A DNA stretch of 64,000 nt from positions 30,758,862-30,822,861 of the forward strand of contig CM074511.1 of the NCBI GenBank assembly GCA_037379345.1, written 5' to 3'. Source of the stretch: Perna viridis (lineage: Eukaryota). Each line of letters opens with the position of its first letter. Positions within the stretch are counted from its first letter, which is position 1. Both the position numbers and the translations under genes were made by a program. This document shows positions 26,956-39,733 of the stretch, one piece after another. The notes beneath the pieces are model-generated. The model made no database searches. It had not been told where the DNA came from and saw nothing but the letters and a program-made list of their open reading frames with translations.

Positions 26956-28064
26956 AGCTTAGCCGACATCTCGATAGAGTTTAGAGCCCTTCTCTTTAAA
27001 AATGAGATCTGAAAATGACGACAAAAGGCTGTATCACAACGCTGAGAAAGAGGGACTATATCATCATAGATCTAGACATGTCTTTCCTTGACTTAGCTAA
27101 TATAGGACCGATGGAACATAACTCTGCACCGTGTGGTTCAGTTCTACAATAACATGAGATGTTTTCACCTTTCTAAATTTGATGTTTGGTTATTTTAATC
27201 TGTTCTGAGGCTGGCCTTTTGTGCTATATCATAACGTTTATGTCAAAGTATTTAAGATATTTGAATAAATAAAAAAAAATGATAGAGACTATCGGATAAC
27301 TGACTTAACGAACGGATGTAACGTGAATAGTAATAAAAATACATTGTTGTTATCTTTTTTTTTCACGTTAATGTAAAAATGAAAAGTCAATATTGAGCGT
27401 CTTGACGCAACGAGTCCCAATTTCACATTAGTTTTACTTCCCTTCCGTTAGTTTTTGTTTCAAATAAGTTTGCAGCTCGCATCAGAAGGATCATGTAGGT
27501 TCCGAGTTCAATGCGAAACACTCAAACGACTTGTGATAAACACAATTAACTGAAAATTACGAAATTCAGCCGATACGGAATGAAATTACTGAGACCATTA
27601 CAAGTATATATATTTATTATAGTAAATTACAATGAAAAAAATTACGACGCTTGTCGGAATATTTACAAATCCGATGTCGGAACAATGACATCGGTGTAAA
27701 TACATTAAAGTATATCATTTGATTAATCAAAAAATAGAACAGTTGGTTTATTGTTTTTGTTTTTTTGGGCCTTAATCCTAATCTTAGAACCTGGATATGC
27801 TTCTGGAAAATGTATATCTACTTCAACAATAAGATATTTTAAGATACGTCAATATGACATTCAAAGAGATCCATTCACTTACAGTCAGTTATTGTTTAAA
27901 CATAATGAAAATCATGTGTTTGCTCTTTTGATCCAAGATGTCTAAGCGGTTACAGTCACAACCACCAAAATTAATTTGCCCTCCCTTTAAGATGTGATCC
28001 CGTTGCTAAAAAAAGATACACTCACGTACATATACACTCAAGGTATTATCTGGACACGATGCTT

Positions 28065-31000
28065 CCCCGATAGCAATAACCTTTTTCGAAATATTTTATT
28101 TAGAATTTATTGGTATTTTGCTGAAACATTTTCAACAGAACATTTGAAAATCGTTTATTAAAACATTTTGATTTGTTCTAATGTTTTGATAACGTTTTTG
28201 AAACATTTTACCATTTAAGTTTGGAAAAGGTTTTCAGAATAAGGATGTTTATATTACATTCCTTTGAAACAGGTTAAAACATTTCCAGTTATGGTTTTAA
28301 TACGGTTTTCTGAAATGTTCACTAAATAGTTGTAGAAATGGAAGAAAAACATTTTAATATATTATTTTTTTAAAACGTTTTAAAGTGAGTTTAGAAAATG
28401 TTTCTAAACTTTTTTAAATTACATATTAAAAAAAAGAACAATTTTCTCAATAAATATCAGATATAGAATAAAAAATAAATATTCCATGAATTTAAAATTG
28501 TGATAATCTAGCACTATAAGAGAATTAAGGTTATATATAATTACATCATTATTTAAAAATTTAAAAAAAATGATCGAACAAGGATACATGTATTTTACAA
28601 ATGCATTATATATGTACATGTAATACTAGTCCGTCATTCGTCATGCATATTCGATTTACAATTAATTCACCCCAGTTTACTGTTCCTTGTCTTTTAATTA
28701 ACCAAATCGATGATATATAGATGATGGCATCTCCATAGAAATAATAAGGTAATAGTGTAAGTGGTGTGCCACATGCTGTCATTGAAATAGGTAAGAGCAA
28801 ATCTTTATCAGTGTGCGTGTTATCCCACACACGTGTGCAAGGAGCGCACACTATTTTGAAGACGATTTGAAGAACTTGTGTAACCTTGTGTTCTAAACAT
28901 AGCTGGTCAATTAGTCATTTTACAATTTCCCAGTAACTAGACAACATCACGCCGTGAAGACAAACACTCAAGTGATTTCTGATTGTGTTTTAATTTTGTT
29001 TTTGTAATGCCCCGAAAATTTGTACTGCTTCGGGAAATTTACGTGTTTCCCCGTTTCCGGTTTTGTATAATATTGATGTCCGGAATGAAAAAAATTAACA
29101 TGTTAAAATTTATGTCAAACAATTAGTTGTTGACCCCGCACGTTTTTCACTTTTGATTATTTTAAGCGTCACAAAGAACGTTCTGGTGTCATTGGTTCTC
29201 GATAGCATATCAATGTTGTTTACCTGTTTGTTGAACAATTTATTGAAAAGCAACAATTGTAAATTCATTATAAGAACTGATCTTTGTTTTTATTTTCTCA
29301 GAAAATTGGCGAGATTGCATGTTTACATTGTGAGAAAACACATTTTAGTTAGGTGACCTATTAATGACTTTATGGGTACTACGTTATCAGTTCTCGATAG
29401 GGATATGACTTTCTGTATGGAGGGCATGAGAGACATAATTGGAAAGTGAAAATGAAGAAAATAAATAATTCAATATATTTTTACCGATGTTTCATATTCA
29501 CTAAAATTTATTGGATTATACATACTTTTATACGCAACATAGCATAATCAAAGCCCGATAGAATCAAGGAATTGTTCAGTTGGTTAATTCTTTGTGAATA
29601 GACCACACCTGCAATTTCGCGTTTTATGTCACATTGCCTATGCGCATCGCTATCGAGAACTCATGACTATCGAGAACAGATGAATGCACGATATAGATAA
29701 TAGTGTAAATGATGTGCCACATGCTGCTATTGAAATATGTCAGAGCAAATCTTTATCAGTGTGCGTATTATCTTACAAACAAAAATGTCCTAGATATTAA
29801 CCCGGTCACTCGTTTTGCCTATGTTTACATTCAAACTTTACGTTAATTCCTGACCAAACTTGGTAATTTTAAGGTATGTTTCAAAGTGAACAACAATCTT
29901 CTGAATGAATATTGACGTTTGTTGTCAACAGTTTTCAATAATTTTAAAGTGAGTATTTTCCAACAGCTTTGCATTGTAAATGTATCTTTAAACACTTTTT
30001 CGTCGTCATGATAGTTGTATGAATATTGTGATTATGTTTATGAGTACTTAGGCTGATATTTTGCATTGAATCTGACCAGGACATTTATTTTGAAACTTTC
30101 CAAGTTATTTTTAGAATTATAAAATTGCTTCGTGTCCTGCATATATGGAAAGCCAAATTGACAGACACTTTGAAGCATTTACACTATACATATTGTCAAA
30201 ATTGGGTTCATAATATTGAACACGTTTTGTTAGTTTTGAATATTAAGATTTTTTTGCATATTTATGGTTCTATTATTTTTTTGTTTATTGTAGGCTTTTA
30301 CCCTTTCGGGGGTTTGGATCGAGTTAATAAAGTTCACACTTTTGATTATATAATGCTTATCATTTTTAATTTATTTTTTATAAGAAATACACATGATCTC
30401 GCTCTTTTGCTGGAATAAATGATTACAAAAGAAGCTTATACCTAATGATTTAATGTTCCAAATAGATGATTAATTTTGTTTCAAAATAAGTTTTATATAG
30501 TGATGAAAATCTGATTGGACGATGACAAGTGACCATGGCATTTGTTAGTCTTTTAGTGTATCTGTTTGACCGCAATATGCAATCACTGTTTTACATAAAT
30601 CAGTAGCAGGTCCAGAAACTCCAAAAAGGTGGGTGAAATATGACCTTTGAGGAGCTCACTATTGATAATTTCAATAAAGTTTTAATTATAGAACACATGT
30701 ATGAAGTTTGGTTCAATGGATATCCACTTCCTGTTTGAACAGGATATACATTTTAAAGGTGTACATAGCTCTGCTCAATACAATTTCAGTTAAAAACTCA
30801 ATTCATGGTTTTTCAAAGTGCAAATAAAATCTTGACACCAAACAGCATGTTTTAATCTAGCCGACAATGATATTTCCATGATTGACACATACTTCTGTTG
30901 CAAACCTATCTTTGAAATTTCGATTAATATGTTGCTACATCTACAAAATATAGAGAACTCTACAAATGTCTCATCTCATGTTAACCCTGTTGTATGTGTA

Positions 31001-31211
31001 TGCAATTTTTGCATTAAATTATTCATAATTTTGATTGTTTTGTTAATAAAAAAACATTATAATAACATTATAGTGAATGATTATTTAAAACGTTATTATA
31101 ATTTTTCTCCAAACGTACAGATTTACGTTTAAAAAATTCTAAAAAAATGTTTTCCGTCTTTTTAAGAAAACGTTTCTAAAACATTTTTATAACGTGTTTG
31201 TGCTAGTTGGG
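28065..31211 (+). mobile_element. CMC/EnSpm-like non-autonomous DNA transposon, ~3.15 kb
   Basis: Left terminus CCCCGATAGCA; right terminus reads CCCAACTAGCA as reverse complement. Flanked by TT/TT (2 bp TSD). AAACATTTT/AAACGTTTT subterminal repeats at both ends. No transposase ORF. Confidence 0.6.
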
Positions 31212-31469
31212 TTGTTTCTGTATCTTCGTTGTTCTAATTACTAAATCATTTCAGTCCCAATATTTAATTCCTGCATACCTTTCTAGATATATCATCTTGT
31301 ATAACACAAAATGTATACTACTAAAAATGTTTATCAGGGTTTTATCAAGATATTTATAAATAAATGGGAATTCTGATCCTGGGGCCTGTTTAAAGAAGGT
31401 GTCTTAAGACTATGTTCTAGTTTCTGAAATAAATTGATACACTTCTTCTCACGCACATTACAAAATTCA

Positions 31470-33345
31470 TCCCTTTTTCCGTGACAACATTAAAAGTGTA
31501 GGAAACCTTTCAAGCCAATATAACAATACCATAAATGTGATAAATTTATTTGACAAAAATCCAAGACGAGTAAGGAGTCATGCCCATCGCCACTACAGAT
31601 CACCTAAGATGTATGATGTCTCCATATATGGTCTTTTACCTTTCATACAAAAACCTGTTGGACAAAATCACATTCGAACTAGACTCTATTCTATACCTCT
31701 CACTCTACTACACTCCCTTTACAAAACAAGTCTTGACATTCCTGTTTCTGAATCTACCTCATCATTATACAGACTTGTGTACATCATTTTAGAAATTGGT
31801 TTCCATATACTCTTAATACCAGTTTGTGTAATCAGTCAAGATGAAGAGTAACGATCATGTCTTCCACCACCGTTTGTCAACAAATGTATAAATTGATTAA
31901 CATCTTACATTACAAAAAAACATCACAAACAAAATTCCGATTATTTCATATTCCTATACTTCACCTATCGCATCCAAAATTTTCAATTATAAAAGGTTAT
32001 TGCAGAATCTCAAGATTGAGGACTTCAAGCTAACCCACCTGACTGATCTTGCAAAAACTCTCCATATAATCCTTCCGGTCACTTCATTACGGGAGATTTA
32101 AACATCATCGTAAACGAATCTCTTCTTTAGGTCCTTTCTAACGGTCCCAAGTACCGTGAACCACGCTCCATAGTTTTTTATGGATGCCGTTGGGGACAAC
32201 GCAAGAAAATGGATCAATGGAAACAAAAAGACATTAATTCTCCGTCAGAATGGGTATAGTCTGTGAGGTTTTTAATTTTGAAACTTATGAAAGTTTTACA
32301 TAGGTCAACGAGTGTCAATACTACATTAGTTTTCAAAGACTCCGATGTAGCAAAAAAAAACATTGCTTACTAAAAATGATAAATATGTTGTCGTACCAGC
32401 AGATGAAGCCCAAAACAAACATTGTTTTTGTCTGCAAAACGTATTACATCCAATGTTAATTATCAGAGATAGACGCAGCAAATAATAGCAGTAATAAGGC
32501 CTATACTGCCACTACTCTCCAAAGAAGACATAGTGGAAAACATAAATTTGTGCTATCCTCTTTTGGTCCTTTTTCAGAAGACGATGGTTGGAATATACTA
32601 GATTCCTAAACTTTACACGAATAAAAAAAACCTCGCTACATAGCTGGATCTGCAAAATGTACCACCAAACCTCTTTCAAAACTTCTAACTTCTATACTCA
32701 CAGCTGTCAAAGAGGGTTCCAAGTCCAACAACGACATTTGTTACTCCCGCAGAGGTATTAATTCGATGTCTATCCTGAAAAATTCAAAATGGAAACTCTC
32801 GATTCAAGATTTTTTATCGGAAAACAATAGCATTAAAATCTATGATTTTTCAACTTTTACCCCCTTACTCGGTTTAAACCCCGATTCAAAAACTTTAGAC
32901 GTCGTTGTTACTCCAAAAAAGACGGTACACCTAGATCCAAATATGTAGTTCTTAGTCAAGATTCCTTATGAAAAATAAATCCAAATCATTTTCCAAATAT
33001 ACCGAAGAAGTTGTTTTCAAAGTGCTGGAGTTTTTGATCAACAATATATTTGTCCAATGAAGTAGACGCGTTTTTCAACAGATCTTCGGAATTTCAGTGG
33101 GAACAAATTGTGCTCCTCTGCTTGCTGACCTATTTCTTCACTCTTATGAGGCTGACTTTATAGCTGATTTGATACAAAAGAGTGAACAGCGTTTAGCTAG
33201 ATCATTTAATCTCTATGTAGTTGACGTATTATCGTTAAGCAATTTTATGAGCAACTCGCTGATTGTTGCTAGAAAAGCAGCGGACACTTACCCTACCGGT
33301 ACACCTGGTCCATGCTCCAGGTTTTTAGTGGAGTTTCTCATTTAC
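31470..33345 (+). mobile_element. Degraded Naiad-type Penelope-like retrotransposon (post-endonuclease region, CxC linker, RT)
   Basis: DNIKSVGNLSS..RRVRSHAHRHY, linker PPD*SCKNSPYNPSGHFITGDLNII..GPKYREPRS, KYVVVPAD, IKIYDFST, GTNCAPLLADLFLHSYEADFI. Ends in the conserved 3' element. Confidence 0.85.
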
Positions 33346-33569
33346 GTTTCTTAATCTCTATTTATCATTGAACTGGAAATACACATGGTTTCCTGTAAAA
33401 ATTCGAAAAATGTAACTAGTTTGTTTGAAAGAATGTGTGATCGTTTTTGACAATTCAAATCTATGCATTTAGATCGCTAAGATTTATGCACTGATCAAAT
33501 CGGATTTGAACTGCTGGAATGGCGATAACTGTATACATAACTTCGTTGAGTTTCGGGAATAAAATTCTC

Positions 33570-35815
33570 AATGGATGACAAACGAAAACGCAAAAGCAAA
33601 TGCTCCTGATGACAAAAGTTCAACTGGTAACCATGTAGCGTCCTCTACAGTTTTTTTCATGTTCTAGTATGTCTACGTTTCGAAGCGCAAATGCGAAGCG
33701 TCTTGTAGCTGCACTTAAGTTTAAGAAGTTGAAACAAAAACGAGATCTTTAAAGACCCAACATGAAATAAACATTAAAAAAAACAAGCTCTCGAACAGGA
33801 AACGGAGATTGAAGTGGCAGTAAATGAGGAATTAGTGTGAAGAGGATAATGACATTATAAAACAAACCAAAATAAAAGTATGGTTCTAGAAGTAGCAGAT
33901 TTTCCAAACAGAAATGGCACTAGGACTAATAGTGACATTGGTGTTCGAGGTTTCAGTAAACTAATCGCGAGAACAAACTCCAAGACGAAGCTCGAAATCA
34001 CAGCCAATGTGTTGTTAGATTCTAAAGAATGGTATAAGCGTACTGAAGTTATATATTTTCACGCTACGGTAGACCACACGTAATTGCTAGGTCAAATGTA
34101 GAAAAGCTTGTAGATGGTAAACAAATCAAGTCACATGATTAAAATGCCTTGTCAAAATTAGCACTTGGTATCCAAAAGTGTGATATAACCCTGTTTCAGT
34201 TAGGTTTTATATCTGACATTGATAATACTGAAAACTTGAGAAAAATTCCTAAAAGATTGCAAATAAGGGTAAAGTGGGTTAATATGGCTCACAATATAGC
34301 AGAATCAAGAATGGCATCTTTTATGTATAGTATAAATCTGGTTAAAGGAAAGTCAGAAACTAAGGTAGTTGATAAGCGTATCAGTGGTGCTAAAGGAAAA
34401 ATATTAACGTTTAAATCGCGCAATATCAATCCTGCAGAAAATGTCAGGTTTGAACATAAATGTGGTTGTTAATATGATACTTGTAGACTTTTAGAGGACT
34501 GAGATACATTTCAATCAATGAACATGCCAGATAGATTTATACTTGTACGTAGATTAAAATTATGTTTCAACTGGTTGTAGGGTGAGTATTTCTCTCAGAA
34601 TTGTAGAAAGAGAATATACTGTTGAGAGTTGTCATTTTATGATACACAACTGGGAAAAATAATAATGATCACGCAGCTACAAAAGTAAGCATCAATTGCT
34701 TTTCCGCTGGTACTCAAAAACAGTGTTTAGATTATAATTGTAGAAATTGAAGTATCCAATGGAAAAGCATTTACAACGGAGAGGATGTGACTTTATGCGA
34801 CGAAATGTTATTCATCATATTTTTATTAGAGAATAGACCAGTAATATTTAAAAGCACTACCACAACATCGAAAAAGGTTGAACAAATTTGGGAGATGTAG
34901 ATTTATAAATAAATGGAGTTAATCCGCGAATTATCGAGATATTTGTCAGTTTTCACATTTATCAAATATCGAGATGACAGAAATCAATACCAATGATGTT
35001 CTTCTTCTTATAGGTACTAATGCACTGAAGCGCATATTCCTTTGGAAGTAAGATCCAGATATTGTAATGAGCATTGTGCCGTACAATTTCGATTGGGATG
35101 GATTGTGAGAGGTCCTGTTTGTTAAGTTGGAAACTTTAATGATGAATCAGTAAGCATCAATTTTAGGCAACACGAAAACGCATTGTTGTAACAACAGCTA
35201 GAAATAATTTGGACAATCGACTTTGAAGATTTTCGAGATAATGAGATAAATTGCATGTCCGTTGAGGATAAACGAGCATTAAAAACGATGGAGGCGACAA
35301 TGAATTATGAAAACAGGCATTAAAAACTGGACTTGCAGTGGTGCAAAAATGACTTGAAACTTACGAATAATATGCCTTAAGCATTCGCTCGGTTACAACC
35401 GGAAGTTGTCAAAACACAGGAGATGTATACTGCTAAAGTAAATGGTTACTTAGAAAAAGTTATACACGAGAAGTAGCAGAATGTAAAATTAATTCATCTC
35501 GCGTGTTGTATCTTCCACACCACCCTGTTATAAATGAACATAAACCCGGAAAAGTGAGAGCCGAATTTGACTGCACAGCAAGATATAAGGACGCATCGTT
35601 GCATAACAAATGTTACAAAAGCACTGATCTCATGAACAGCTTAATAGGAGTTCTGTTGAGGATTAGACAGGATCTCGTCGCAAAAGCAGTCGATATCGAA
35701 GCGATTTTCAATTAAGTTGGAGTAATCGACGAAGATCGAGATGCATTGAGATTCTTATGGTGGCCTGATGAGAACTTAAAGTTATAACCAAAATGCTATC
35801 AGATTGCAGGTTATA
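33570..35815 (+). mobile_element. BEL/Pao LTR retrotransposon relic (gag-pro-RT), 3'-truncated
   Basis: YLPHHPVINEHKPGKVRAEFDC..DLMNSLIGVLLRIRQ..DIEAIF..DRDALRFLWW is diagnostic of BEL/Pao RT. Decayed gag and protease region upstream. Confidence 0.85.
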
Positions 35816-36594
35816 TATATAAAAAGTACAATGGAATCAATGCATGTTATTGAGTGGAAGTCACTGGGTCGTATTCATTTAGATACATACATTCAATACG
35901 TTCTTTGTGTGTAAGATTATTGTTTATATGAAGTTTTTTGCTTTTTTTCCCAAATTGTACAACTTTCAGTTTATGATTTCATGTATTGTTTTGAATAAAA
36001 AATATATGTATTATGAGTATATAACTGATATACACCAAATCAGCATAACTCCCTCACCATTAGAGCATATTTAAACACCCACTTAAAAGTTGGAGAAATT
36101 AAGTTATTATACTACACGGCCGTTCATTTGCCCCCCCCCTCTCCTGCAAATCTTAATCACCAATGTTTGTAACCATTAGATGGGACTTAATTATGTTTCC
36201 AAGGATTCTTTATCTATTGATGTCATTGTGTTCCTCCAACTTGTGCTTTCCATTTCAATGACGTTTGTGATTTCCTGATGTATGAATGATTTTTTTTGTC
36301 GATCGAGGGGAAGAGGACATTATACCTCCGTTACTCCTCTAAGACCGCTTAAATTATTCAAATGAAAACAAAAACGAAATGAAGGATGGGCACAATGACA
36401 TCATGTAATTTGTATTTATGTTTCATTGAATTCTATTCAGCGGTTAAAGAAGAGCTGTAGATTAGAAGATGGCTCTCCATAAGTCGGCAAACAAGATAAT
36501 CCATGTATCATTTCAGAAAACCCTTAACAATAGTCAGTAGGAAAAACGAGATTTAGAAAACAAAAATAATCACAGTCATATTAAGTTTCAGTCA

Positions 36595-36910
36595 CAATGC
36601 ATTCTACATGCAATTTCATACCTTCATGTATGCATAATTTCCTTCGTCAAGTGCTTTGCCTCCAACTTTATACTTTCTACTACATATAGTATCTTTTCCG
36701 TACATTCTACATGCAATTTTATACATTCAGATGGACATATATTCTTTCCTCATTCATTCTACATGCTATGTCATACACTCAAATGAACATAAACGCCTTC
36801 CTCAGTCAATCTACATAATCTACATGTAATGTCATACTCTTAAATGCATGCAGATTCATTCCTAATGCATTCTACACATATTTAAATGAAACAAAATCCT
36901 TCATGCATTT
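36595..36910 (+). repeat. ~50 bp minisatellite, paralog of 26620-26955
   Basis: CATTCTACATGCAATTTCATAC units. Confidence 0.8.
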
Positions 36911-37613
36911 TTGAACGACAAGAACTAAAAAAATCTAATATGGTAATGTTGTTGTACTACATTAAGTCCTTAACAAAATACAGAATTGTATTATTCCATT
37001 GCCATGTTTAGAAATTCAGCCTAGTAGAGGGCAAAAACATCTCTTAGTATAACTAGCCCTTTGCTAAAATAGTAATACTGACATCAGACAAATCGGTCTA
37101 CAGTTGCATTTTAAGAATGATTTGAATGTCATGCAATACGATTTTCTTCCAGAACATCTGAGTGGTTAAATAATTTTCATAGTATGCTCTTATTTATTAA
37201 CAAAAAGCTACATATGCACTTTCTGTAAGTAAATGTTTTACGTTAAAGCAGACCGTGACTTAAGAATTGTGCACTGCAGTGCATGTAAACCAATCGTACA
37301 ACGAAAACAAATTTAATAAACATACGAACGTACACATCATTCCCTCATAGACACACGTAAATTGCATTTATAGCAGACCACTGATTAAAACGTCATGGAT
37401 TTCCGTCCTGGCAATGGGAAATTTAGTTTTAGCTTATTACACATTTGATTTCATTTATCATAAAAAAATTTAAAGAAAAAATAATTTGTACACATATGCA
37501 TTAATTAGGAAATTGTGAAATTTGATAATCGGTCTGTTCTATTATTTCCATTTTCGAAAGTCCATTGACATTTTGAAAGATTATTGCTGAGGACATTATC
37601 CTTGTTTTAATAC

Positions 37614-37788
37614 TACTCCAGTTTTTAGTGGAGTTCGAGTTGCTTATTTGCTTTTGTTACTTTGTATGTATGATTTTAGTTTTTTACTTTATGTTCTTTG
37701 TTGTGTATGTCTGTTTTCCATGTCTGGTCTTTGTCCCTGGATTGCATTCTTTTGATTACCGCTATACCTTGCTTCCCTCGATTACTCT
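37614..37788 (+). mobile_element. Naiad 3'-terminal ~170 bp fragment
   Basis: CTCCAGTTTTTAGTGGAGTTCGAGTTGC...GATTACTCTT matches 21665-21833. Confidence 0.8.
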
Positions 37789-37789
37789 T

Positions 37790-38721
37790 ACATCTTGTTG
37801 GACAGATCCAGTTCTTTAAATCGTCTTCAAAATAGTGTGTGCTCCTTGCCCACGTGTGTAGGATAATACGCACACTGATTAAGATTTCCAGCATGTGGCA
37901 CACTATTTACACTATTATGTTATTATTTCTATGGAGATGCCATCATCTATATATCATCGATGTTGGTCAATTAAAAGACAAGGAACAGTAAACTGGGATG
38001 AATTAATTGTAAATCAAATATGCATGACAATTTAAGAAGACTAGTATTACATGTACATGTATAATGCATGTGTGTAATACATGTATCCTTGTTCGGTCAT
38101 TTTTAATTGTTTTTAAATAATGCTGTAATTATATATAGCCTCTATTGTGTTATAGTGCTAGATTATCAGAATTTTAATTTCATGGCCTATTTATTTTTTT
38201 ATTCTTTATTTGATATTTGTGAGAAAGTTTTTTTTTAATAGTTTAAATAGTTTGGAAACATTTTCTATATTCGTTTTAAAACGTTTTTAAAATATAATAT
38301 GTTCAAATATTTTTCTTACATTTCTACAACTATTTATTGAACATTTCAGAAAACCGTATTAAAACCATATCTGGAAATGTTTTAACCTGTTTCAAAGGAA
38401 TGTATTGAAAACATTATCACACATTTATTTTTTTCGTAATATATTAGAAACATTTTTATAAAATATTCAAATAATGATTAAAAATAGATCCAAAACATTA
38501 CAGTGACATGTTATTTAAACATTTCAAAAACATTTCAATAAACAATTCTGAAAACCTTTTTTCAAATTTCAACGGTAAAATGTTTGACAAACGTTATCAA
38601 AACATTTTGAAGAAAGACAAAATGTTTTAAAAACGATTTTAAAATGTTCTGTTGAAAATGTTTAAGCAAACTACCAATAAACTCTAATAAAAGATTTCGA
38701 AAAAGGTTCGTTCTACCTGGG
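37790..38721 (-). mobile_element. Inverted left arm of the CMC/EnSpm-like element
   Basis: Reverse complement matches 28065-28880. The terminus CCCAGGTAGAA abuts GPCR coding sequence. Confidence 0.75.
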
Positions 38722-39733
38722 GTATTGTTCATCTTTATATTTCTAGCTACTTTTGGAAACGGTTTGGTGATTTTAGTTTACACTCTCCGGATGAGAGGAT
38801 GCTTGAAAGAGAGATATTTCATACCAATTTTGGCCGTTTTTGACCTTCTCGCTGCAACGTATTGTGGAGGCTTTATGATCTATCAAGGTTTCTATCAAAT
38901 TACATTTCAAAATAAAGCCACTTGACAGACATTACAATTCTTAGCCGGTTTTGTAACTTACATTCCTGTAATATTATAGATTCATACTCCCAGTTTTTAG
39001 TGAAGTCCGAATTGCTCATTTGTTTTTGTCAATTTGTATGTATGATTTTAGTTACTGTATGTTCTTTGTTGTGTATGTCTGTTTTCCATGTTTGGTCTTT
39101 TTCCCTGAATTACATTCTTTTGATTACCGCATTGGTTCCATTGATTACTCTTTCGATTAGTGCGAGCATTGTATTCGATATCTTAGGAGTTCTTGTAATT
39201 ACAGATATTCTCCTTACTCCTTTTTCTTTATTTCAAAATATTTGTTTATAAGAACCACAAAAAGACACTTAAAAAGAACAAATGAAATAACTGAGAAGAA
39301 AGAAAACCTATGGTAACAGTAGAGAAGTGTCTGTTAAAACAACAAAAATATTGAATATTCGACAGATTCAGACACTAAATCAACAGACATCGAAAACACA
39401 CATTTCGAGCCGTCAAATACCGTAATATCAATGCCCTCTGTAAATAATTTAAACAGGCTTGGTGAAAACAATCGTCGATTAACATACAAATTATCAATAA
39501 TATTTTTATCATAACTACAATATTTTTATGAGCTACGTACGCAAGGCTTTGATTCTTTTTGTTGAAAGTGTGAAAAAGGAGCCCTGGAAGGAACTTTCAG
39601 AAAAAGAAAGGCCATAGGTCATGTTTGTGAACATCTATTTATTCTAAACAATATCGTAAATCCTTTTGTTTATATTTTGGTGGATACCAAGTTTAGAAAA
39701 GAAGCAAAAACGTTGCTAAAACATTTTGTTTAG
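38722..39733 (+). pseudogene. GPCR pseudogene, close duplicate of 14816-15952
   Basis: High nucleotide identity to 14898-15952. Lacks the N-terminus, has ~210 bp replaced by a Naiad fragment, and carries frameshifts and stops. Confidence 0.9.
38985..39152 (+). mobile_element. Naiad 3'-terminal ~170 bp fragment inside the GPCR pseudogene
   Basis: Same segment as 37614-37788. Confidence 0.85.
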
